Shown here one piece after another: positions 35,321 to 46,700 of a stretch of DNA of 64,000 bases. This DNA comes from Marsupella aquatica (taxonomy: Eukaryota; Plantae; Marchantiophyta): the NCBI GenBank assembly GCA_973895155.1, contig OZ316897.1, positions 18,863,111 through 18,927,110 on the forward strand, given 5' to 3'. The position numbers and the translations under genes are program-made. Position 1 is the first letter of the stretch, and the number at the start of each line of letters is the position of its first letter. A model generated the notes under the pieces. That model made no database searches, had not been told where the DNA came from, and saw only the letters and a program-made list of their open reading frames with translations.

Positions 35321-35999
35321 GGTTTGCAAAAAACCCAATGAAGGTTATGGTATATCCAATTTAAAGAGAGCCCTAAAGGTCATGGCTGTTTGTGTAGGTG
35401 CCAACAAGAATGTTAAGGACGCATGTTATATATTAAAAATGATGCCCACAATATAAAAGGTCCTTTTGGACCAAGGGAAAACCTTGGTTTTCTAACTTGG
35501 TGCTCTAGAGTTATGGCTCAAAATCACATTGACCCTAAACCCATAACCCGCCCCTCATTTAAACAAATTAATCCTTCATGGGAGGTGAGGGTGTTGTGGA
35601 TTACATTAGTGTAATTAACTATGTACCGGCCATGGTTTTTGAGTGATAGGTTATGTCTGCAAAAATATATGCATGCATGAACACAATTTTGGACTACCTT
35701 ATTAGTCTCACCATATGATAGTGATACTCATCCAAATGTTAGCATTTAATAGCTTTCCACTCGTGACTCAATTGAGAGAAACCTCGAGAGAAACCCTCAG
35801 TCATGACTCAAGCACATTTATAGGGCAACTATTAGTTTCATATAGACATATGTATAGTATGTGTACTTTTGTACATGCCCTTGCCAACACCCTCGTCTAG
35901 GGCCCACTTCACGGGCCCCTTACATGCGACATGACCACTACATATGAGGCTATGTTGTCTAAGAGTTTTTGAGAGCATTACACCAAAGCATTAACAAGT

Positions 36000-38900
36000 G
36001 AGCCTTCCCATGACTATATGACCTCCAATATGCCAACATTAATGGTTTCCAATATGACAGCGTGAGTGACCCCATGTTTAGTCCTCAGATTGAAGCACCA
36101 TTTAATTCAAATGACCCAATGAACTCCCTTGTACCTCCAAAGAGAACCCCCCAATAGCCTTTGTAAAGACCACATTTCCAGTCATTTGGTACTTTTGACT
36201 TCTAGTATGACAACCAAGATTACCCTAATTTGAGGTGTTTTCATTAATGACCACATATGCAGTCAATTGCTCCAAATGACCTCCAATATGACTACCAAGA
36301 TGACCCTTATTGTAGTCATTGGCATTAATGACAGATATTATGTGAAAATGACCCAATAAAGAGTATACTACCTCTCAGAGTGCCCCCTTACAATTCCTTT
36401 GAAATTTAATAGAATATATCCAAAATCCAAATGTCGGCACAAACATGACATAGTTATATAGAAGGACATAGTCTTCCACTAGTATTGCACTATATCTCTC
36501 TTGGAGAGACAAAAAAATAATTTGTTTGCCTTTGGAACGGATGGTATGCATGCATGGTGATACTTTTGGCAAATCACTCCAAAGTTGTATGACTTGGGAG
36601 TGATTTTCCCCAATGTTGGATCATCCCTTAAGTAATTGCAAAAACATGGCACAAATGACTTCCAAACGGACGGCCAAAATGACCCTTACTGCAGTCTTTG
36701 GCATTAATGACACACTATTCCTCCAAAATGACCCAATGAAGATTACAACACCTACTCACAATGCCCCGACACTATTCATATGCAAAATGGAGTATTCCCC
36801 ATCCAAATACCGGCACAAACATGACACAATTACATCACAAGATGACAACCTTCCATTGGTGTTGCGCTACTTCTTGGAGAGACAAAAAATGGCTCCATTT
36901 GCGTTTGGATACGGTGGTATGCATCCATGGTGACACTTTTGGAAAATCACTCCAAAGTCGTATGACTTGGGAGTGATTTCCCCAAGGGTGCATCATGCAT
37001 TAAGTAAACGCAAAAACATGTGTCCAAAGTGTTTATGTCGCAACTAGTGCTTGGACAATGATGAGTATAGTGTCCCGCACCTAGTGGAGAATTTCTCACC
37101 TCTATGTGGGGCCACATGGCACTCTAGGGCCCACCTTCAACCCCTAGCCCCAAATTGGTCATTTGTGCTTCTGTTTAATGACTGCATGGGGGACCACACA
37201 AATGACCACAAGTCTAGTCACTTGACTTATATGACATACCATATGACAATATTAATGACTCTACTTGTAGTCATTGGCATTATGACACAAATTTGTCTAA
37301 AAATGACCCAATAAAGATTACACTACATCCTTCATTGCCCCATCACTATTCATTTGCAAAATAGAATATTCCCCATCCAAACAAAGGCACAAACATGACA
37401 CAATTACATGGAAGGATGATAGTCTTCCATTGGTGTTGCGCTACTTCGTGCAGAAACAAAAAATGGCTTCATTTCCCTTTGGATAGGATGGTATGCATCA
37501 ATGGTGACACTTTTGGCAAATCACTCCAAAGTTGTATGACTTGGGAGTGATTTCCCCAAGATTGTATCATCCCTTAAGTAAACACAGAAATGAGACCAAA
37601 GTGCTAATGATGCAACTAGTGGTTGGAGAATCGTAAATATAGTATTTGGCACATAGTGGAGGGGTTGCGAGCTCTATGTGGGGCTACATGGCACTCTAGC
37701 GCCGACCTCCAGCCCTTAGCCCCAAATTGGTCATTCAGGCTTGTCTTCAATGACCCTTCAAATGACAACAAGTCCAGTCATTTGACTTATATGACATCCT
37801 AAATGACAATTTCAATGACCCTATTTGTAGTCATTGGCACTTATGACACAACTTTGCGCAAAAATGACCCAATGGGGGCCATAGTACCTCCAAAGAGAGC
37901 CTGCTTTAGATTCCTTGGAAGGTCTGAATATTCCTCTTCTCTAAGCCCGCACCCACACCATACCAGGAAGCACGACTCCCCTGCCCATTCCATTGGTGCA
38001 ACACTACCTCTTGGAGAACCAAAAACCAATTTTTATTTGCCTTTGGATGGGATGGTATACATCCATGGTTGCACTTTTGGCAAATCACTCCAAAGTCGTA
38101 CGACTTGGGAGTGATTTCCCCAAAGGTGCATCATGCCTCAAGTAAACGCAAAAACATGTGTCCAAAGTGTTTATGTCGCAACTAGTGGGTGGACAATGAT
38201 GAGTATAGTGTCCCGCACCCAGTGGAGGGGTTCTCACCTCTATGTGGGGCCCCATGGCACTCTAGGGCCCACCTCCAGCCCCTAGCCCCAAACTGGTCAT
38301 TTGTGCTTTTCCTTAATGACTGCATAAGGGACCCCTCAAATGACCACAAATCCAGTCATTAGACTGATATGACACTCCATATGACAGTTTTAATGACCAT
38401 ACTTTTAGTCATTGGCATTTATGACGGGCCATTGCTCACATATGACCCAATAAAGGCCCTAGTACCTCCAACTAGAGCCAACTCTAGATTCCTTGCAAGA
38501 TTGGAATATTCCTCTTCGCTAAACCCGCACCCACACCATACTGAGAAGCACAACTCCCTTGCCCATTCCATTGGTGCATCACTACCTCTTGGGGAACCAA
38601 AAAACAACTTTTATTTGCCTTTGGATGTGATGGTATGCATGCATGGTGACACTTTTGGAAAATCACTCCAAAGTCATACGACTTGGGAGTGATTTCCCCA
38701 AAGGTGCATCATGCCTTAAGTAAACGCAAAAACATGTGTCCAAAGTGTTTATGTCGCAACTAGTGGTTGGACAATGATGAGTATAGTGTCCCGCACCTAG
38801 TGGAGGGGTTCTCACCTCTATGTGGGGCCCCATGGCACTCTAGGGCCCATTTCCAGCCCTAGCCCCAAACTGGTCATTTGTGCTTGTGTTTAATGACTGC

Positions 38901-39400
38901 ATGAGGGACCACACAAATGACCACAAGTCTCGTCACTTGACTGATATGACATACCATATGACAGTTTAATGACTCTACTTGTAGTCATTGGCATTATGAC
39001 ACAAATTTGTCTAAAAATGACCCAATAAAGATTACACTACATCCTTCATTGCCCCATCACTATTCATTTGCAAAATAGAATATTCCCCATCCAAACAAAG
39101 GCACAAACATGACACAATTACAACAAAGGATGACAACCTTCCATTGGTATTGCCCTACTTCTTGGAGAGACAAAAAAGTTTCATTTGCCTTTGGATACGA
39201 TAGTATGCGCGCATCTATATATGGTGACAGTTCTGGAAAATCACTCCAAAGGTGTATGACTTGGGAGTGATTTCCCCAAAGCTAGGTGCATCATGCCTAA
39301 AGTAAATGCAAGACATGTGTTCAAATTGCTAATCCGCAACTAGTGGGAGGACAATGATGAGTATTGTGTCCCGCACTTAGTGGAAGGGTTATCAACCATA
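36000..39400. repeat. ATGAC/GTCAT-rich tandem array, ~570-bp unit, each unit with a 36-bp near-palindrome
   Basis: AAATCACTCCAAAGTYRTAYGACTTGGGAGTGATTT at about 36571, 36944, 37518, 38082, 38659 and 39238. Confidence 0.85.
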
Positions 39401-39479
39401 TCAATGACTCTACAATTATGACCGGTGTCTGGAATGACTATTGAGTATTTTAATTTTCATATCTCTTGGGTTCTTTAAT

Positions 39480-39910
39480 GACTCTATAAATAGTCATTTA
39501 TGCAATAAGTCCATAATGACTGTATGTTATTGTAAACATTGAATATCGTAATTTTTAGATTGACCCTATATTTAGTCATTTATGCGACAAGTCCATCATG
39601 ACAGTATGTTATTGTAAACACCGATATATCCTAATTTCAAGAATGACTATGAAATTAGTCATTTATGAGAGAAGTCCATAATGACAGTATGTTCTTGTAA
39701 ACACTGATATATCCTAATTTCAAGATTGACCCTAGAGTTAGTCATTTATGAGAGAAGTCCATAATGACGGTATGTTCTTGTAAACACTGATATGTCCTAA
39801 TTTCAAGATTGACCTTAGAGTTAGTCATTTATGGGAGGAGTCCATAATGACAATATGTTGTTGTAAACACTGATATATTCTCATTTTCAGATTGACCCTA
39901 TATTTTGTCA
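39480..39910. repeat. ~83-bp tandem subterminal repeats
   Basis: AGTCATTTATG...AGTCCATAATGAC...TGTAAACACTGATAT recurs at 39492, 39574, 39657, 39740 and 39823. Confidence 0.85.
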
Positions 39911-40288
39911 TTTAACACCGTTGGTTAAAATGACGGTAATACATTTTTTGTCATTTATCACCGTTGTCCAAAATGACCTAAATAGATTTTTGGTCATTTC
40001 TATCATTGTCTAGAGTGACTATAATGTTGCTAAACACTGATTTATCATTGTTGTTATTATTTGCGTCATTTAAGACACGTGTCTAAATTGACCATTTAGG
40101 AAAATTGGGTCATTTTGGTCGCATCAGTCATTACAGACATTATACAAAATGACGCAAAAGTTAACATTTTGTCATTTCAGTCTGTTGGTCATTGTGGATA
40201 GTCATTCCCCTACATTCTTTTTGTGTCATTAGAAATTTTGGTCATTTATTTATCTCTGTCATTGGGTGATTGGTCATAAAGGGCCCTG

Positions 40289-40301
40289 TTTTCTTCTAGT
40301 G
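40289..40301 (-). mobile_element. Canonical CACTA terminal inverted repeat (CACTAGAAGAAAA); right end of a large CACTA element
   Basis: TTTTCTTCTAGTG ends the ATGAC-rich region and truncates the adjacent transposase ORF. ATA (40302-40304) is the candidate TSD; the partner TIR is not in the window. Confidence 0.8.
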
Positions 40302-42140
40302 ATAGTAAACATATCTTCTTGACATTTGTTCACGAAGATGTCGCGTTCTTTTCTCTTCAATCTCTGCACGCTCTTTTTTTCTCTTCTCCCGCATCAATTG
40401 ATCTTTGAACTCAGTGCAAAATGTGCACTTGGCAAATGCACTTCCCTTGTGAAAGTCAAAATTATCAAATGAGTTTTTCCAGATGTTGTACATAGTAACT
40501 TCAGTAACCTTAGCAAACCCATCTAATTCCATCTTGGTAAACACCTCTTGGAAAATCTCCTTCTTAGTAAAACAAGATGGGAGCCGATATTCAATAGTGT
40601 CAGTGCCGTTGGACCCACCATAGGGAAGATGTGGCATTGGTTCCCCATTTTGGATTAAAATGGACTCCAACAAGGCGCGAGCGTGCAAAGTGCTTGATCG
40701 TGTCTTCCATTGTCCCTGATTTCCATGGAAACCAATTGTGCAACCAGCTTCGAATTGATTTTTGTAGTCATAGTACTTTGTTGTACTGAACCCATGCATT
40801 TTAATAAATGCATCTTTACAAACCACACGTCCCTTTAGAACAAAAAATCCCTTTCTCTTGACTTGCTCCTCTCTACACCCAAAGAGACTAAAGATGTGAC
40901 TTGTTTTGTTGTCACTTGACATTCCATGGTATTCCCTCCTCATTGCCTCTAAGTCCTCTCTGGGCATGTTCAAGCAACACTTCAGCTTGCAACAACCTTC
41001 TCTTTGGATGGAATCAATGGACTCCTCGGTAATTTTCAAAAGTGCCCTCGACTCCAAATGCCTTTTCTTCTTCTCCTCAAGATCAACTTTTGTCCTCCTA
41101 ATGAAATTGTATGGTCTTTTTGTAGGTTTACCATCACCATCCGAATCCGGATCGCCCTTAGTTCAACCCAACTCCATCCACTTCTCTGAAACTTCCTCAA
41201 GGATATCCCCAAGAAACCTTTGAGACGAAATTAATAGAAGGGATTTGATTTCCCACCTCACCAAGCCAGGGGTACCAACACGGATATTTGGAAATAATCC
41301 GGGTTCATTGATATTCACAACAGCAACACCAACATGATCTGCACCAAGAAGTTCATCGTCAACGGCACCTGTTTCAAATGGGACCGTGATAACACCTGTT
41401 GCAACCTTCCGACAACGAGAAGCGTCATACAAATCAACCTCCTCCGCCATCCAGTTGGAACGTAGTGTAAAATCTTTTAATGGAAGATCATTGAAAATAT
41501 TTGAACTACCAAACACGCCAAAATCTCGTAGAGTGCCCTTTCTAGAAACATGCGCAACATCCCAAATAACCCAGGTATGCAAGGCCTCTTCTATTGTATC
41601 AGCTCCAGGGTGCGAGTATGGCAATTTTTGATTTCCCGTAACAATATCAGATATTCTTATATTGATGCGACCAACCCCGAGTGTTTCAGTATGACAAATA
41701 TCCATCGGATTTGTCTTGAAAACGACTCCATTTGCAACCAACTGATCAAAAATGAACATCTGAACTTCATCTCCTTCCTTGAACACGTCCTCTTCAACCC
41801 TTGCATCAATTTTGGATTTATCATTTCCAGCATCTCCAGCCAAAGAGAAATCATCGACATTGATTCTTCGGCGCTGAGTTGATGACCTCAAGTATGCCAA
41901 TGCACAATCCCAAATCATGCAGGAGTCAATTGCCTCAGCCAATGTAGAAAATTTGGGCGAAGGAAATGGAAGTTGACGCGATCCATCAAAACACTTTTTG
42001 ATCAATACCCCAATTCGATTATCCCCTAGACAAATGTTTTGTATAGTATCCTGGGGGTCAACCTTTTGAACTATCCCAATTGCCGTTTCAAATCCATCGA
42101 TCACCAATGACACTTCATCCCCTCGTGTAAAATTGATCAT
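40302..42140 (-). pseudogene. N-terminal half of a Sola-like (DUF7869-type) transposase fused to three Tnp1/DUF8039-like repeats; truncated by the CACTA insertion
   Basis: 41163..42140 and 40296..41057 are in frame across one TGA with no other stops. Three VAxGxV...LG...LPxP...W-type repeats precede CCKLKC, VCKDAFIKMHG, HGN, GEPMPH and FAKCTFC...HL. The family assignment is by eye. Confidence 0.55.
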
Positions 42141-42267
42141 GATAGCGGACTATCTGTATTCAAATAAAGTTAGAAATTGTTAAGTTCCCCATGTTACAAT
42201 CATGTTTCAAAATCTGGACTCTCCTTCAAAAAATATTGTAAAATCACTCAAAACCCTAAATACATTC

Positions 42268-42525
42268 AAGTCGGGTCGGAATTATTTTGACCCTCCTCCA
42301 ACATTATGTCTTAAAATGATTGAATTGACTAAACATTTACAAGTTGGGTCGGAATTATTTCGACCCTCCTCCAACAATATGTCTTAAAATGATTGAATTG
42401 ACTAAACATTTACAAGTTGGGTCGGAATTATTTCGACCCTCCTCCAACAATATGACTGTCTTAAAATGATTTAATTGACTAAACATTGACAAGTTGGGTC
42501 GGAATTATTTTGACCCTACTCCAAC
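42268..42525. repeat. Four ~73-bp tandem repeats with palindrome GGGTCGGAA-TTA-TTTCGACCC
   Basis: Copies at 42273, 42346, 42419 and 42496; an inverted copy near 42628-42644. Confidence 0.9.
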
Positions 42526-43713
42526 TATTAAGTTGAAATTATGTCAAAACTATTTGTGAAACTATCTTGCTTATGCTTTTATATACCAATTTAAAATGCT
42601 AGTTAAGATGACATAGTCAGGTCGGCACGAAATAATTCCGACCCACTTCTAGAAACTATGTTAGTAATCACATAAAGGGGTACAGTAAGTTCTACACATG
42701 CTAGAGTGTGGATAAAGGTCTAGAAATGAGTAAAATATATGATCTAGAAACTAATGTGTAAATCTTAATCTAGGTTTGGCTTAAAGGTATTGAATTAGAT
42801 GTAGTTGAGCTAGTACTTCTAAGATAAATAAATAAAATCACTAACCTGCTCCACAATATATCTCTGCCCACCCTTGTACAAGCTAAATGGGTACCTTGGA
42901 TGCCAGCATTGTAACTCTTAGCACCACAGTGCTCACCAGTGCCCTTACTAAACCTTGCATTCAACCATGCGGACCTAAACAAGGCACTCGGACAAAGGAG
43001 AGTCAGTGATCGTACCAATCACTGTCTAAATGACAATGAACCAAAAAATGGATTGTGGGAGGTCTATACTCAGTTTGAGAGGCAAAAAGCCCACACATTA
43101 CCCAGCACACGAGTGAACACCAACAGATCGGGCACGGGTGGATGAGGCACGCACCCAGCACACAAGTAGACATCGGATAGGGTGTCAGCCAATCACTCAC
43201 GAGTGATAGGTGAGTTGCGAGCACACACCGCTGACAGCTCGGAAGTTTAAAATTGGTAGGTGAGTCGCGAGTGGTCGTGAGTGGTCACACCATCGGTGAC
43301 TCACGATCACATGCAGTGATGAGGGTCTCCATCATTGGCGCGCATTGATGCCTCCGTACCCTCTCGGATCCTTGCCTCCTCGGACTCCTCGCTCGCAGGG
43401 GGTATAGGAAGGCAAGCCTTGCGCTTGAGGCCTCATTTCCTTGCCTCCCTCTTGCCTCCTCTCTTTCCTCCTCTCCGGGCTCCTCTCTCGTCTCCTCACT
43501 CCTTGCCTCCCTCTTGCCTCGCTCTAGGGCTTTTGTTTTTGCCTCGCTCTTGGGATTTTGTTTCCGCCTCGCTCTAAGGCTTTTATTTCCGCCTTTCTCC
43601 CTTCCCTTTTGGGTCGCTCCCTCGATCATTGTTTGCCTGTTAGTGCCCTCTTGCAGCCTGTGGCATTCTCCATTGCTGCCACATGTCATCTTAAATCTCA
43701 CTCGCCCCTTACA

Positions 43714-46700
43714 ATGTCTACTTCCTCCAGTTCTGAAGCTTCCACCACCTCCGCCAGTTCTCAAGAGTCATTGAACTTCAATTATAACTCTCTATATGAA
43801 TATGACCCTGAAGACCCGGATGTCCAAAAATTGGTTAACAATGCGTTGGAGGCGTCAAAGAAAGCCCAGTTAACTTTTCCACGTAAGGCACCACCTGCTT
43901 CAACTTCTTGCCTTGCCCTAAGGGCGAGACAACTTTACTTTAATTTGGATTTCAAACTTCTTATTAGGAAAATTTCTATATTCCTTTGCAGTCGCCTTGC
44001 CCCAAGGTCGAGGCGACGTCTACTTCATTCTAGATTTCTTGTTGCTCCGAAGGCGTATTGGACCTTCTATCTTACATTAATAAAGGATCTTTAGCTATAT
44101 TCTATTTTTTGCCTCGCTCTTGGGGCGAGGCGATGTCGTCTACATTCCTAAAATATAGTCTGCATTCCCAGAAGTTGCCTCGCCCTTGGGGCGAGGCGAT
44201 GTTATCTGCATTCCTAAATGTTGTCTGCATTCCCAGAAGTTGCCTCGCCCTTGGGGCGAGGCGATGTCCTCTACATTCCTAAATGTTGTCTGATTTCCCA
44301 GAAGTTGCCTCGCCCTTGGGGCGAGGCGATGTCCTCTGCATTCCTAAATGTTGTCTGCTTTCCCAGAAGTTGCCTCGCCCTTGGGGGGAGGTGATGTTGT
44401 CTGCATTCCTAAATGTTGTTTGCTTTCCCAGAAGTTGCCTCGCCCTTGGGGCGAGGTGATGTCGTCTGCATTCCTAAATAATGTTTGATTGCTTGGATGA
44501 GGTGGCAGGGCTAATTGCACTAGGAGCAAAGAAGATTTTGCAATCTTCTATTTGTCGCCTCGCCCCAAGGGCGAGGCACCTTGAAAGTTTTCCACATGTC
44601 AATGTTAAAAATATGATGCTGACCATTTTGTTTTCAATGTTTCTTACCAGGAAAAAATCTTGAGAAGCCGGAGTTAAATATTATGGACGAGGATATCAAG
44701 GACTTTGTTTTCCCTGACCAAGATACTCCAGGATTTAGATGGGCACTAGAAGTTGGGGTGTCGGCGGAAGGCAGTCTCTTGATTTGTTTCAAGGGCCTCA
44801 CAAGTCAATTGAATGACCGCAAGACAATTGTTACTCTAGGTCCAGTCGTCCTTGTGAACACGGACAACAACCGCAATGCAACAATTATTGTTGAGTCCAA
44901 TGAGAAATCTCAGTGGATGAGACTTCTGGTGCCAATAAAACTCTACTCAACTTTACTGAATGTTGAGTGGATGGCTTGATAGCGTAGCTGATAGCCCCAA
45001 GGGCGAGGCTGCCTTTTCTTGTTTTCCTTGGTTAGAAGATTAAAGCAAATGTTTGCCTTGCCCTCAGGGCGAGGCAACCTAGACTAGTCTCTCTAAGAAT
45101 AATTCCCTAGTTCCGTTTCAGTCAATTGCGGTTAGATGTAGAGGTTCGCCACGCCCTTGGGGCGAGGCGGCTTAGCTTGTTTCAAACATAGGTATAAATT
45201 TTCTAACATATGCATTGTACCCTGAAACTAATGTCAAGTCCATTGGATATGCAGGATTGGTTTGCCCTGGCAAAGGTTACAATGGGGAAGTCAAGCCTAA
45301 AGAGCATTTATTGGTTACTTTTTGCCGAAGATGAGCTCTTTGAATTATGGCGGAACGTGTGTGCAAAATGGTTGAGTGGGAAGCTCCAAGACGGGGCTGG
45401 TGGGTATGGAGGGCCAAGACCCCCAAAATTGATCACTCCTAGTACCTTTTGATGCTTTGAAGGAGAGATTAGTGCAAACAGATAATTGAGATCTTGAAGG
45501 ACGTTGAAGAGGAGCGTGTCTTGCTGAAGAAGGATATCACCAACAAATCAGAGCTTGTCGCAATGGGAGACTTGGCCCTTACAATCAAGATAATGTCCAA
45601 ATTGAGAACAGTCATTATTGGCTATTTCGTGAAAAAGTATCGTGAGAAGTTTCCTGTTTGGCACATCTTGGGAGTCTCTGGTGATATTGTTGCCTTCCTT
45701 GAAATCTGAGCTTGAGATGACAAAATTGAGGAGAGCAACGGGTGAGGTTTACCTCAACAATTCATTGAAGAAGAATGTGGTCAAGGAGAGTTTCCCACAA
45801 AGTCTGATGGTCAGACTAGATGGGTTGTATTGTAAAGAATTTGGTGGGATTGGTCGTTTTCGCACGGAGCCTTTCTTGACATTTTTTAGTGATAATTTGA
45901 TGAAGACGACCGTGCCAGAAATGCTACAAGAGCCTTCGCCTTTGTGTCCTCTTGCCATTGTTGACTTCAGTAGGCTCCGACAACATGTTTGGATCGATGC
46001 TGAAATTATTGCATTACTGCAATACATTGTGGATCTTCCAAGAAATCCAACAATTGTTGTTGTCATGACTGTGCATCCGGGGCCACTTGCTGCAAACATT
46101 TTGAGTGCCCTTAGGAAATTGCAACATGAAAAGGGAATGGACATCCACATTGACTACGGGAGCTATCGACGGAGTGATACACCAGTTCCAGAGGGCTTAC
46201 TTTTCAGTTGTGGTATGAAGGAGATAATCTTTGCAGGAATCACCACTGAGGAGAAATTTGATTGGAAGCAAGTGTTCAGGCCTGGATTTAATTGCCGATT
46301 TTCTTACAATTTGGCAATCGACCCTGATTTCCAAGTGGAAGACAAGACGGAGAAGCGAGATAAGAATAAGAGTAAGACAAGTAAAGAGACAGAGACTGAG
46401 TCAACTTCGGCATTTCACATTGGAGATTTCTTACGAAAGGCTCCCATGTTTGAGATGGTGGGAAGTAGAGGTGGCTTTGTGAATATTCACGCTAAGCCAA
46501 AATGTATGCTGCAGAGTATTATTGAATTTTTTTCGGCTGAAGGGGAGACTATACTTGACTTTTTCTCGGGAGGACAGGTTATGAAGGTGTCATTGTTGTG
46601 TTTCAGAGGATGCTTTGCGTATTCAGACACTGAGAATGAATATGATTTCACTCACGCATATGGAAGGGTTCTCTGCGAGAAAGTTCCTTCCATAATGAGT

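Noticed and set aside
35607-35611. TAGTG as the right terminus of element A
   Set aside because: Motif content changes here, but the partner TIR and TSD are outside the window, so the boundary cannot be called.
44111-44480. CRISPR-like appearance of regularly spaced palindromic repeats (also 42273-42516 and 36571-39270)
   Set aside because: The spacers are near-identical rather than unique, there are no cas genes and the context is eukaryotic; these are tandem repeats.
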